DNA of 64,000 bases from an uncultured archaeon (GTDB lineage Archaea; Nanobdellota; Nanobdellia; Woesearchaeales; CAIVOO01): assembly GCA_903904885.1 (NCBI GenBank), contig CAIVED010000027.1:1558-65557 (forward strand), written 5' to 3'. How positions within the stretch are numbered: position 1 is the stretch's first letter; each line of letters begins with the position of its first letter. The notes beneath the pieces were generated by a model. The model made no database searches and had not been told where the DNA came from. It was given only the letters and a program-made list of their open reading frames with translations. Made by a program: the position numbers and the translations under genes. Below are positions 1-13,410 of the stretch, one piece after another.

Positions 1-1
1 C

Positions 2-2707
2 AGAAGTTCCGCCAGTGTAGTTGTTGCCCGCAGCAGGAGTCAGGTTTAAAACAGTTGGAGCGATGTTTTCCATTATCAGAAGGCTGTTTGAGGTTAGTGT
101 CGTTCCGTCCTGGGTGCCGTCATTGGGAGTTACCTTGCAGGTCCAGTTCTGCATCACAGCAAGATCCTGGGACAGCACCATGTTTGTTTTGTTCTGGTAA
201 AGTGAATTTATCTGGGCAGGTGAAAGGGCGTAGCTATAGATAACCGCATCGTCAATAGTTCCGTTGAACATTGCCGCAGGAGGAGCGAATGACTCCATTC
301 CCATGACCAATGGAACAGGAGTCGCTGTGAGCGGGGGGGCAGTTGCATTGAGGCATGCTTCATTTGATGTGTTGCCCAGCCTGTCAAGCTGGCCGTTAAT
401 ATATGTTGCAAGTATTCTTGAGCTGTTGTCATAAACACCCACCACATAATACCAGTTTCCCGGAACAATATTAGTTCCGCCGGCAATGTCCCTGTTAAGG
501 CAGGTAGCGCTGCTGGCATTTCTTACCTCCATCTCTGCCCTGAACAGCGAGCCATTATTATAGATGCTAAGCTTGTATCCCCCGGAAGTGCTTCCCTGCT
601 TTGCAAAAATCTTCATGTCGCTTGCATTGCTTGATACCTTTACCCATGCTGCCAGGGTTATTGCAGTAGTTATGTTCAGCGAAGTGCTGTCTGTAATGTT
701 TATCGAATCGTTTGTTAGCCCTCCGTCAAACATGTAGGCGCCTTTTCCGTCATGGCCGCCTGTGCTGTTCCAGGTTGCTCCCAAAACCACTCCGTTATTT
801 GCAAATCCGGAATAATCCTTTGTAAATGTTGAATTGCTTCCTCCCTCAAAAGGAATGTTGAGCTCTGTTACCGATGTCCCGTTGATGAACCAGTTGTAGA
901 TGCTTTTTACAGGATTGCTCTCTGGGTCAGCTGTTGACTGGTTGTAGCAGGTAAGGTTTTCTGTCGTGAGATTTGTGCCGAAGGTTGAATTCAGGATTGG
1001 AGTTGACTGGGTTGGGGGGGAATTTACATTCACTGTGAAATTCAAAGGTGCAAATGCGCACTGGCTTTGGTTATTGCACGCATAGCAGTTCCACAATATT
1101 TTGCCGCTGAGGCTTGTTCGATTAAACGCTGTTGAATTCGCCGTCCCGCTTAGGCTGTTTGTTCCGTTTGCCTGCCAGGTTCCTGTGTAATTCCAGTAGA
1201 ATGTTATGTTAGTTAGATTCGCGGCAGTGGTTGCATTGCAGGTGAAATTAACAGAGTTTATTGAGGTTACGCTGCCATCTGCGGGACTCACAAGGGATGT
1301 ATTCACTCCCTGAACCTGGGCAGTATAGGAGACATTGAAATAGAGCGCATCCCAGATAGTGTATCTTGTGCCGCCCCCTGTGGAACGGCGGGCTTCCGAC
1401 CTTATCATTGATTTGTTGCCTGAAGAACTGAAGAAATTTTCGCATGCCCAGGTCTTGTTTAATGTTACATTTGTGCAGGTGAACGAAGGAGCTCCTACGG
1501 GACAGGTTGTAGTCATATTCGTGAAGTTTGTCCCATTCTGATTATCAATTGCAATGTAGCAGTCTCCGCCGGGATCGGTTGTGTTCCATTTATAACAAAG
1601 ATAAACACTGTCAACACTCTGGCAGTCGCTGACGCTCAGGTTGTACTGTTTTATCCTGACACCTGCATACCCTGTGCTCGTCATGCTGTGGGTTTCATTG
1701 TAGCCGTCAGCGCATCCCAAATAGCTCCCGCCGGAACCGCAGGCAGCAGGATAGGTTCCGTTGCAAACCGCGCCAAAGCTTCCCTTTGTAGCAGTTTGCT
1801 CTGCAGAGCAGTTGCTCGCCCCTGTATTAAATATTGCATCGTGCAGATAGTCAAATTCAAGATAGGCGTTTGAATCATTATCCGCGTTGAAAATCTTGAG
1901 GTCAAAGGTGTCGCTGCTGTCATTCATGTTTGACAGGGCAACATCATACATCCCGGGCTCTGCTATTACAGGTGTTGATGCAAGAAGAACAGAGCCGTCT
2001 TTTTCATAAACCTCAATTGAAGTGTTCGAGCTTTGGTTGTTTCTGGCATAGATGTTAATCACATTCCCGTTGGTCATGTTTTCGCTGAACCACGCCCGGA
2101 CGTACTGGTTCGCATAAACCGGCTCCGACCAGATGCCATCCTGCGCAGAAATCTGAGGGTAGATATCAGAAATAACCGAGCGGTTTTCATCAAGGTGCTG
2201 GGCGGTTGTTATGTTGATTTCAGCAAAACCAGGATCCCCCCGGGTCAAGGAAAAATCATAGCCCTGGCCTACAGAAAGTCCGTTCATTATCGTAACCCAG
2301 CTTCCGCTGCAGCTCTGCAAAGCAAAATCCCAGTCCTTGCACTTGAAAAGATAATTTCCTTTTGCAACCGCCTTGACATCTGCGCTTTTGAAATCAAGCC
2401 CGGACGCATCTATTGAATAGGCCTGGGCAAACCCAAATTTTGAGGGGCTCGGCGTTCCAATCTTCAGGTTGCCTATGCTGCTCCTGTTTGCCTTCGGGAA
2501 AATTACCGCGGGCGCCTGGCTTGAATTAACCGCATTTCTTATGGCATTTCCGGTAATTGACAAAACATTTGAAATGCCCCCAAGAATGCTGTGATTCGAG
2601 CCGGGAATGGAAACAATTGACGGGAAAACTGAGAATATTGCTAGCGCTAGGAAAACAACCAACACCGCCAAGATTGCAAATCTAACCCGCTTTCCCTTTT
2701 TTTTCAA
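2..2707 (-). CDS. Large secreted/surface protein with LamG-like jellyroll domain; runs off the left edge (partial)
   Basis: Not in the ORF track because it is open at the edge. Manual translation of both ends: TTG at 2707 gives MKKKGKRVRFAILAVLVVFLALAIF...SITGNAI (signal plus ITG motif); near 200-270 FNGTIDDAVIYSYALSPAQINSLY is a typical LamG_3 C-terminal motif. The middle was not fully translated. Confidence 0.8.
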   Translation of the reverse strand, partial: MKKKGKRVRFAILAVLVVFLALAIFSVFPSIVSIPGSNHSILGGISNVLSITGNAIRNAVNSSQAPAVIFPKANRSSIGNLKIGTPSPSKFGFAQAYSIDASGLDFKSADVKAVAKGNYLFKCKDWDFALQSCSGSWVTIMNGLSVGQGYDFSLTRGDPGFAEINITTAQHLDENRSVISDIYPQISAQDGIWSEPVYANQYVRAWFSENMTNGNVINIYARNNQSSNTSIEVYEKDGSVLLASTPVIAEPGMYDVALSNMNDSSDTFDLKIFNADNDSNAYLEFDYLHDAIFNTGASNCSAEQTATKGSFGAVCNGTYPAACGSGGSYLGCADGYNETHSMTSTGYAGVRIKQYNLSVSDCQSVDSVYLCYKWNTTDPGGDCYIAIDNQNGTNFTNMTTTCPVGAPSFTCTNVTLNKTWACENFFSSSGNKSMIRSEARRSTGGGTRYTIWDALYFNVSYTAQVQGVNTSLVSPADGSVTSINSVNFTCNATTAANLTNITFYWNYTGTWQANGTNSLSGTANSTAFNRTSLSGKILWNCYACNNQSQCAFAPLNFTVNVNSPPTQSTPILNSTFGTNLTTENLTCYNQSTADPESNPVKSIYNWFINGTSVTELNIPFEGGSNSTFTKDYSGFANNGVVLGATWNSTGGHDGKGAYMFDGGLTNDSINITDSTSLNITTAITLAAWVKVSSNASDMKIFAKQGSTSGGYKLSIYNNGSLFRAEMEVRNASSATCLNRDIAGGTNIVPGNWYYVVGVYDNSSRILATYINGQLDRLGNTSNEACLNATAPPLTATPVPLVMGMESFAPPAAMFNGTIDDAVIYSYALSPAQINSLYQNKTNMVLSQDLAVMQNWTCKVTPNDGTQDGTTLTSNSLLIMENIAPTVLNLTPAAGNNYTGGTS

Positions 2708-3072
2708 ATGCCTTTGCCTCTCTTTCAAGCAATTCTATTATCAAAGATTTTATCGTAACAGAATTTTCTGCGCAGTAAATCTTCGCCTTCCTGTGCAGCT
2801 CGTCGCTGAGTTCTATGTTTATGTTTCCCATTTTCTAATTTAGTTTATTTAGTTCATCTAATTCAATTAGCTTATTAAGCTTAATTAACTTATTAAACTT
2901 ATTTAAAGTATATACTTTATATAAATTACTTACTTTTTCATTTATAAAGTTTTCTGTTTTTTTAGAAAAAATGCAATCAAATCCTCTATTTGAAAATGCC
3001 ACTAATTCCGCCCCATAAAAACCATCCCCACAATGGAAGAAATAACTTTGTTTATTTAAAAATCTTTTGTAA

Positions 3073-4383
3073 TTATTTCCTTTTCCTTACAACAATCACT
3101 CTCAAAACAATCCCAAGAACAAATGCAGCAACAGCCCCGATTGTAAGGTAGTTTGTCAGCGCAGGCTCAAGAGCAAAATATGAAATAATCGCGCCTGCAA
3201 GGCCTGCGAATGCCGCAATGATTAGCAGTATTGAAATGACGGATAAAACAGCAAGCCCTATTCCCTGAGTCCTTGGTGATTTTTCCCTGAAGAAATCCGG
3301 CTTGGCTTTTGCTTCTGCCCTTGCAGAGGGCTTTTCGTAAATCCTCTCAAGTTTCTCAATCTTCCGTTCATCACGGACAATCTCAGATTCCTGCCTTCTT
3401 TCAAATCTCTTAAGCGACATGACCTCTTTTTCCAAATCAAGAATCTTTCTTGTAAGCAGGGACTCCATTCCCTTCATGTTTCTTTCGATGTCTGTGTACC
3501 GGGCATACAATCTTGAACTCTCCCTAATCTCCCTTATCTCCTTTTTCTCAAGGTCAATCTCTGACTGGATTCCTGCAAGCTGCTTTGCAAACTCTTTTTT
3601 TGACAATGATTCAGATTCAACAAGGCCTATGTATCTCCTGAGTTTTACCAGGTCGGAAAGCTCTGTTTTCATTACATCAAATTCATGGTTTATGCTTTCA
3701 ACAATTGACTTTACCTGCTCTGAGGTTACATTCTGCGCCGTGCTCTGGTTTGTCTTCAGAATCTCCTTTGCAAGCAAATCAACCCTTGCGTTCAGCAACC
3801 CTGTCCTTTTTTCAAGCTCAGAGGCTGTGATTGTGTCCTTTATTTTTTTGATTTCAGCAACTTCCCTTTTCATGGAGACAAGTTCCTGGGTGACATTTGC
3901 TGCCAGTTCTTTCATCTGGCCCTTTGTGGCAACTACCTTCATTTGCTCGGTTATTCTTGAGAATACCTTCGCGGTGTTATTATTGACATCTTCAATATTT
4001 CTGGTGAGAGAATTTGTGTATTCTACAACTTTCTTGTTTGTGCTTGAATTGATTTCAGAAAGCTTCCTGGCAATCTCATCCTTTAGTTTTTCGAATCTTG
4101 ACTCAAAGTCCTTTTTGTCTATTTTCTTTTCATCGACTGCCTTGATTGATGCGTCAAGGTCCCAGATTTTCCTGAGATTGTCGTTTATCTCGCCTATTTT
4201 TATCTTGAGGGCGTTGATTTTTTCCTTTGGGGCGTAGTCCTCCCTAATCCTGTCAACATCCTCCTTAACCCTGAATGAAGCTGAAATTGATTCAGACTGC
4301 TTGGACTTGATTTCATCCATGTCGCTTTTTATGCCTGCAAAAGAATTTTTCAGTATAGCCTTAAGCTGTGATAGTTCGTCCAT
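3073..4383 (-). CDS. Long coiled-coil protein with two C-terminal transmembrane helices
   Basis: 436 aa, K/E-rich heptads, two hydrophobic segments at the C-terminus. Confidence 0.75.
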   Translation of the reverse strand: MDELSQLKAILKNSFAGIKSDMDEIKSKQSESISASFRVKEDVDRIREDYAPKEKINALKIKIGEINDNLRKIWDLDASIKAVDEKKIDKKDFESRFEKLKDEIARKLSEINSSTNKKVVEYTNSLTRNIEDVNNNTAKVFSRITEQMKVVATKGQMKELAANVTQELVSMKREVAEIKKIKDTITASELEKRTGLLNARVDLLAKEILKTNQSTAQNVTSEQVKSIVESINHEFDVMKTELSDLVKLRRYIGLVESESLSKKEFAKQLAGIQSEIDLEKKEIREIRESSRLYARYTDIERNMKGMESLLTRKILDLEKEVMSLKRFERRQESEIVRDERKIEKLERIYEKPSARAEAKAKPDFFREKSPRTQGIGLAVLSVISILLIIAAFAGLAGAIISYFALEPALTNYLTIGAVAAFVLGIVLRVIVVRKRK

Positions 4384-4472
4384 TTCAAGTACCCCAAATC
4401 ACCCCTTAAGAGTGTAAAAAACATATCAGGTATTTAAAGGTTTTGTTTATTAAGTACTTTAGAATAGTAATA

Positions 4473-4500
4473 ATTATAGTTATAACTTTATAACTATAAT
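4473..4500. promoter_or_regulatory. Perfect 13-bp inverted repeat, possible operator or terminator
   Basis: ATTATAGTTATAA-CT-TTATAACTATAAT between the rnp4 stop and the promoter of 3073..4383. Confidence 0.4.
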
Positions 4501-4507
4501 AGATACA

Positions 4508-4798
4508 TCATTTATAAACGAACCGTCTAAACGTCCTGCAATTCAGGCAGTAACAAACTACCTTTCCTTTGGAAACCCTGACCCTGCAGTTCCTGCCGGG
4601 AACAAAATAGCTCAGGCATTTCCTGCAGAACCTCCTTTTCAGCTCCCGGGGAATCGGGGTCTTGGTTTTTGTTGACAGCGACCAGGCAAGCTTCACATAC
4701 CTGTCCGCAAGCTCCTGCCTGGCAGACTCCGCCTGCCTGAAAAGCTCCCTAATCTGGCGCTCAGCAGTTTCCCTGATTTTCGCATTTTTTTCTTTCAT
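4508..4798 (-). CDS. rnp4: Ribonuclease P protein component 4 (Rpp21/Rpr2)
   Basis: LADRYV..A, KRRFCRKC...PG.NCRVR...CLNC..FRR zinc-ribbon signature. Confidence 0.9.
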   Translation of the reverse strand: MKEKNAKIRETAERQIRELFRQAESARQELADRYVKLAWSLSTKTKTPIPRELKRRFCRKCLSYFVPGRNCRVRVSKGKVVCYCLNCRTFRRFVYK

Positions 4799-4851
4799 CT
4801 GCCCGGCAAATTTCAGTTAAGTTTTAATATACCCTGTGATGTTCCAGTGAC

Positions 4852-6138
4852 ATGGGATTTATAAAAATGCTCTTTTTCAGGAAGGAGAAGGCAAAGCCGA
4901 GAAAAACAAGGGTAAGCGTTTCCGAGCTTCAGGAACAGTATCAGAATCTTCTGGGAGACAGCCTCAATGAATTTGAAACAGAGGTGTCGAGAATGCTGAG
5001 GGACACTGAAGACAGCAAGAGAGAGATAGTCCCCCTTCTTGAGGAGCTCAGGAACGCAGAGCTTAACAATGACAAGACCCCCATGAAAGAAAGGCATTTT
5101 ATGGAGGGCAACCGCCTTTCCTACATAAAGACGGTGAATAATTTTGCATCAAAAATCAGCGAGCCTGAAGACATATCAGATGAAACAGCAAGGGTTTATC
5201 TTGCAGAATACGCTGAAAACGCCGATGAGTTCAAAAAAGCCTCATTCAGGCCGGGCCAGATAACATCGCATTTCTTCGGGGACCTTCTCAAGAGAATAAA
5301 TGCGCAGCTTGCAAGGATAGACAAAAATTCAAAGGACCTTCTTGCGCTTATGAAAAGCGACAGCGTAAAGCTCCTGTCAGAAACAAAAAACAGGATAACT
5401 GCGCTGCAGAAAGAGATTGAAAAAAATGAGGCCCATGCAAAGGCGCTGGAACAGGCGGAAATTGACTATGAAGAGCTGAAGAAAGAAAGGGCCTTTTTCG
5501 AGCAGAGGGTCAGTTCAATCAGAAAAAACAGCTCCTTCGCCCAGCTTGGGGAGCTCAGCAGCCTGCTTAGGCGGACAGAGGAGGAGCTAAAAATAACCGA
5601 TGCAGAGTTCATTGACAATTTTCTCCAGATTGAAAAGGCGCTTAAGAAATTCTCAAAAAGCGATGATGAAACTCTCATAGGCAAATACATTGACGACCCG
5701 GTGTCAACTGTTCTCAGCGACCCCGACCTGAGGATTCTCGGAATACTGGCCAAAACAAGCGAGGCTCTCAAAAGCGGCGCCCTTGAGATAGAGGAGAAAA
5801 AGAAGGAAAAGCTTGCCGAGAAAATAGCATCCCTCAGCAGGGAAAAGTTCACAAAATTCATAATATCCCATAACGACCTGACGCTAAAGATAAATGAGTT
5901 CAGCAGGCGGCTCAAGCAGAACAACTCCCAGAGGGAGCTTGATGACATAAAATACAAGCTTGAGCACGTCCAAAAAAAGCAGGAGACTGCCGGAGAGAAC
6001 ATAAAAAAGCTCAACCAGCAGATTGAGAATTCGCGGATAGTTGAGTTCAAGGAAAGCATAGAGAATGCGTTTGAAACCATGAATTCGCCAATAGAGGTGG
6101 AGATTTATGAGGATAAGGATAAAAAAGGCGGAGTATAA
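4852..6138 (+). CDS. Coiled-coil hypothetical protein
   Basis: 428 aa charged helical ORF, no catalytic motif recognised. Confidence 0.7.
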   Translation: MGFIKMLFFRKEKAKPRKTRVSVSELQEQYQNLLGDSLNEFETEVSRMLRDTEDSKREIVPLLEELRNAELNNDKTPMKERHFMEGNRLSYIKTVNNFASKISEPEDISDETARVYLAEYAENADEFKKASFRPGQITSHFFGDLLKRINAQLARIDKNSKDLLALMKSDSVKLLSETKNRITALQKEIEKNEAHAKALEQAEIDYEELKKERAFFEQRVSSIRKNSSFAQLGELSSLLRRTEEELKITDAEFIDNFLQIEKALKKFSKSDDETLIGKYIDDPVSTVLSDPDLRILGILAKTSEALKSGALEIEEKKKEKLAEKIASLSREKFTKFIISHNDLTLKINEFSRRLKQNNSQRELDDIKYKLEHVQKKQETAGENIKKLNQQIENSRIVEFKESIENAFETMNSPIEVEIYEDKDKKGGV

Positions 6139-6219
6139 GCTTACAGGCATCATTGCGGTTGGAGTGGCTGCCTGGCTGACAAACAACTTTCTTTCGCTGA
6201 TTGATTTGATACTGAAGCA

Positions 6220-6678
6220 ATGAAAACCCTGGAAGAATTCACCGGCTGTTTCACCAATGAAAAAATAGATGGCATCATAACCCTGAGAAACTGCTCCTTT
6301 CTGGCTGATGAAGAATTAATCAGCCTGAAAAACAGGGCAGGGCGGGAGCCGTTTTCAATCGGCCTTTTTCTTGGGGAGATTAAAAAAAACAATTTTGTTC
6401 CCGGCACCCCCCTTTTGGACATGATATCAAAAATGTCTGACAAAAAAATATTTGTGAACCGGAAAACCGCATGGCTGTTTTTGTGCGGCAGGGATATTTT
6501 CGGCAGGGGAATTGCAAAGTCAAACGTGAATAAAGGCCTTGCGCTGGTGCAGAATGAGGCTGACGAGAATCTCGGCTACGGGGAGATTATTGCAGACCTG
6601 GGCAATAAAGACAAGGTTGTTGTTAAGAATCTTTTTGACAGGGGGAATTTTCTTAGACGGGAGAGAAATGGAAGATAA
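6220..6678 (+). CDS. NIP7/UPF0113-like PUA-domain ribosome biogenesis protein
   Basis: GLFLGE...LFLCGRDIF...VQNEADENLGYG...DRGNFLRRE pattern. Confidence 0.7.
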   Translation: MKTLEEFTGCFTNEKIDGIITLRNCSFLADEELISLKNRAGREPFSIGLFLGEIKKNNFVPGTPLLDMISKMSDKKIFVNRKTAWLFLCGRDIFGRGIAKSNVNKGLALVQNEADENLGYGEIIADLGNKDKVVVKNLFDRGNFLRRERNGR

Positions 6679-7093
6679 AACTATTCTTGTTGAGTATGGA
6701 ACAAAAAAATTTCCTCCAGACCCAGGCAAAAACGACCTTTACATATTTATCAGGCCGCTTCCCAGAAACCCGGTTATGAATGAAACTGTTTGCTCAATTG
6801 TTACCGCGGTGTCAGAAAGCAGCATCAGGCTGGTAATAGACCGGGAAGAGTGCATTGAACGAAAGCTGGATGCTGAGCTTGACGGAATTTTTATGAGAAG
6901 GATAAAAACCAATTCGCATGGGGATAATTCTCCGGATATTTTAGTTGGAATTGCTTTTATAGAAAAGTATGGGATTGATAGCGCTCAAAATCTTATCAGG
7001 CAGTACCTGCCTGACCAAAAATGCGAAATGCCTGAAGGCGATGGCACTGAGTTTCTTCACGAAGATCTGCCCCCAGACTTTTGGGGCAGATAA
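6668..7093 (+). CDS. Hypothetical protein
   Basis: ATG at 6668 overlapping the upstream stop; in-frame part of track ORF 6539..7093. Confidence 0.55.
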   Translation: MEDKTILVEYGTKKFPPDPGKNDLYIFIRPLPRNPVMNETVCSIVTAVSESSIRLVIDREECIERKLDAELDGIFMRRIKTNSHGDNSPDILVGIAFIEKYGIDSAQNLIRQYLPDQKCEMPEGDGTEFLHEDLPPDFWGR

Positions 7094-7141
7094 CCAAAAC
7101 CATTAAAAAGATTGAAGCTAAAGCGACAGTGAGGTGAGCAA

Positions 7142-7345
7142 ATGGCAAAAATAAAGCTGAAATGGGAATTTTCGCTTGTGATGTCCCTGCTTTTCGGATG
7201 GACCGGTGTTGACAGGTTCATGATGGGCCAGGTTGGCTGGGGCCTTCTGAAGCTGGTAACCTGCGGAGGGGTTATGGTCTGGTGGCTTGTCGACATGATT
7301 CTTGTTGCCACAAGGCACAAGTTCAGGGATGTTGAGTGGGTGTAA
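7142..7345 (+). CDS. TM2-domain membrane protein
   Basis: GWTGVDRFMMGQVGWGLLKLVTCGG..VWWLVD TM2 motif; GAGGTGA SD upstream. Confidence 0.85.
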   Translation: MAKIKLKWEFSLVMSLLFGWTGVDRFMMGQVGWGLLKLVTCGGVMVWWLVDMILVATRHKFRDVEWV

Positions 7346-7366
7346 GCCCATTTTCTTTTTTTATTT

Positions 7367-7786
7367 TTACTGTTCTTTAAATTTAGGATTAAAATGAATG
7401 CTGTTATCCCTTTTATCCACATAACCCAAAATAAACTCAGGCCTTATGAAAAAAGACCCCCTAAGATAGGAAATTTTTTCGTCATTAAAAACATCAGACC
7501 AACTGACTTTTCCACTTTCTTCCTCCCTTAGCTTTTTCATAATCTGCTCAAATAAGCCAACTGAAACCTGGATTATGATTACTGCATCGTTGCCTTTATG
7601 AGATTCATCAAATCTTGCCTTGGCCTCCGGCATATTTTTAGATTGCAATGTTGCTGTTAAGAACAATTCATTAAATTTTAGCCCATTGTTCATTATGCCT
7701 TCAACACATAGCACAGATGTCCTGTGTATAACCCTCAAATATTTTGAAGTAGACACAATATAATCTTCGTAGTTTGGCGGGGCCAT
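7367..7786 (-). CDS. Hypothetical protein
   Basis: 139 aa ORF with its own TATA-like box upstream. Confidence 0.6.
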   Translation of the reverse strand: MAPPNYEDYIVSTSKYLRVIHRTSVLCVEGIMNNGLKFNELFLTATLQSKNMPEAKARFDESHKGNDAVIIIQVSVGLFEQIMKKLREEESGKVSWSDVFNDEKISYLRGSFFIRPEFILGYVDKRDNSIHFNPKFKEQ

Positions 7787-7822
7787 AAAAAAAGATTATA
7801 AAAACAGGTATATAAACATTTC

Positions 7823-8980
7823 TTATTCGAATTTCTTCTCGCTCTCTTCCAGCGCCTTCAGCCCGGGCAGCTCCTTCCCCTCAAGAAATTCCAGCGCTGC
7901 GCCGCCGGCTGTTGAAACGAATGTGAACTTATCCCCAATGCCCAACTTGTCAATAACGCTGATTGTTTCCCCGCCGCCGACAATGGTTACTGCGCTAATG
8001 TCTGAGATATGGCGGGCAATCTCTTCTGTGCCCTTTGCGAATGAACCAATCTCTATGATCCCCATGGGCCCGTTCCAGATAACTGTCTTGGCGCTGTCAA
8101 GGATTTGATTGTAATACCTCACTGTTGATTCTCCGATATCAACGCCTATGTCATCTTTTTTGATGGCATCAACGCTAACGTTTCGTGAGGCTGCGCCTTC
8201 CTCGATTTTCCCTGAAACAACGCAGTCAATCGGAAGCACAATCCTTTTTTTGTTTGCCTCCAGCAGTTTCTTCGCAATCCCAACATTGTCTGCCTCGTAT
8301 TTGCTTTTCCCGACCTCAAAGCCCATTGCCTTCAGGAAAGTGAACATCATCGCCCCTCCAATCAAAACAATGTCAACTTTTTTCAGCATGTTTCCTATCA
8401 GTCCGATTTTGGTTGACACCTTTGCGCCGCCCATCACTGCAATCGCAGGCTTTGAGATATTCTCAAGATTAAGATTTATGATTTCTCTGATTAATTGGAA
8501 TCCTGCGCATGATGGCAGCAATTTCGGAACCTGAAAAACAGATGAATGGTCCCGATGGCAGACAGAAAAAGCGTCGTTGACAAAAATATCAGCATTCGCA
8601 GCCAATTTTCTTGCAAAGAAATCGTCATTCCCTTCCTCTTCAGGATAAAATCTCAGGTTTTCCAGCATGACAATCCGGTCGTTTGGGATTTTTATGTTAA
8701 TGCAGTCATCCAGCTTTGGAACATTTACCCCCAGCAATTCGGACAGCTTGTCTGCAACAGGGGTTAGCCGCATTTCCTCGACAACCCTCCCCTCAGGCCT
8801 TCCAAAATGCGAGATTATTATTATCTGCCTTGCGCCAGCATTGACAATGTATCTTATTGTTTCGAGGCTTGCCTTTATCCTGGCATCGTCTGTAACTATG
8901 CCCTTGGCTATTGGAACATTATAGTCTGTCCGAAGAAGAACAACCTGGTCTTTGAAATCAACGTCGGTTATTTTTAGCAT
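7823..8980 (-). CDS. pgk: Phosphoglycerate kinase
   Basis: RTDYNVP, SHFGRP, LENLRF, GGAKVSTK, WNGPMG, STAGGA motifs. Confidence 0.97.
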   Translation of the reverse strand: MLKITDVDFKDQVVLLRTDYNVPIAKGIVTDDARIKASLETIRYIVNAGARQIIIISHFGRPEGRVVEEMRLTPVADKLSELLGVNVPKLDDCINIKIPNDRIVMLENLRFYPEEEGNDDFFARKLAANADIFVNDAFSVCHRDHSSVFQVPKLLPSCAGFQLIREIINLNLENISKPAIAVMGGAKVSTKIGLIGNMLKKVDIVLIGGAMMFTFLKAMGFEVGKSKYEADNVGIAKKLLEANKKRIVLPIDCVVSGKIEEGAASRNVSVDAIKKDDIGVDIGESTVRYYNQILDSAKTVIWNGPMGIIEIGSFAKGTEEIARHISDISAVTIVGGGETISVIDKLGIGDKFTFVSTAGGAALEFLEGKELPGLKALEESEKKFE

Positions 8981-8981
8981 T

Positions 8982-12387
<3,406 letters not shown>

Positions 12388-12491
12388 ACATTCGCCTCTA
12401 TTTCACTCTAACTGAAAATATGCTCTCTTTTAAACCAGGATTTAGCCTATTGGCATTTATAAAGGTTTGGTAGCATTTGAGAATGAAAAAT

Positions 12492-13361
12492 TTATTTGCC
12501 AAGTTTTTTTCTTTTCTCTTTTTCTGGTAGTTCAAGATAATTTTCTTTTGAAACTATTGGCCTGCCTATTGCTTTCTCTGCGTCTTTCCTTGCCCTTCCT
12601 GCAACCCCTCCTCCTTTGACAGAAGCGGTTTTACACTCATCAAAACCCCTGGAGTCCTCTTTCTTTGTTATTTCTTTAGTTACTTTCTCTCCAAGCATTG
12701 TAAAGATAAGCTCCAAATCATCCATGTGGTCCCTGAGATTTTGTTTAGCGATGCCTTTATATGCCATATACTCATCAACTGTCTTGCCGAATGTTGCCTT
12801 GCTTATTTCATTTGTTAGGATTGCAAACTCAACATTTTGCTTCACTCCCCGATTTTTCCATTCATCTGTCAGTTCCTGCCTTACTGCTATGCCTCTGACC
12901 CGTTTTTCAACCCATTCATCAGAATACCCTTTTGCCCTGTAAATTTCCTTCATTCTGGCCTGGGCCAATTCGGGGTTTTCTATTTCCTGCACTCTTTCAT
13001 AGCCAACCTTGGCAAGCCAAAGCTTGAACGGCTCTGCCTTTTTTGATGGAATAGATTGTATGATTCTGAAAATTGCCGCAGTATTGGCACAGTTCACGCT
13101 CTGTTTACCCCCAGCAGTTTCAACTGAAAGGGTATGTACAATTTGTACCCACCCCTGCTCAAGGGATTCGTCCCTCTGCTTCATCTTCTGTATATACTGT
13201 TTAGTGTCCTTAGAATCAGTTAATGCATAGACAACATCCTCTATGACAAACCACCACTGATTATCATGCCAAGTCCTTCTTATTTTCTTATCCTGGAAAA
13301 CCACCAGGGCATTATTTGCATCCATTTTGGGTGAGAAAGCATTCTGGCTTATAAATTTCAC
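12492..13361 (-). CDS. Bro-N domain protein (phage antirepressor-like); start may be 13325
   Basis: IRRTWHDNQWWFVIEDVV, FRIIQSIPSKKAEPFKLWLA, NLRDHM. Confidence 0.85.
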   Translation of the reverse strand: MKFISQNAFSPKMDANNALVVFQDKKIRRTWHDNQWWFVIEDVVYALTDSKDTKQYIQKMKQRDESLEQGWVQIVHTLSVETAGGKQSVNCANTAAIFRIIQSIPSKKAEPFKLWLAKVGYERVQEIENPELAQARMKEIYRAKGYSDEWVEKRVRGIAVRQELTDEWKNRGVKQNVEFAILTNEISKATFGKTVDEYMAYKGIAKQNLRDHMDDLELIFTMLGEKVTKEITKKEDSRGFDECKTASVKGGGVAGRARKDAEKAIGRPIVSKENYLELPEKEKRKKLGK

Positions 13362-13410
13362 GTCTGCATGACCAGTGAAGAATTCATATCGATATTAATA
13401 TAGATAGAGT

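Noticed and set aside
55-2843. Short track ORFs in the first 2.8 kb
   Set aside because: They overlap the large minus-strand LamG gene that the track missed.
3419-4237. Long antisense ORFs (also 5466-6080, 40021-40707 and similar)
   Set aside because: S/F/L-rich shadows of K/E-rich genes on the opposite strand.
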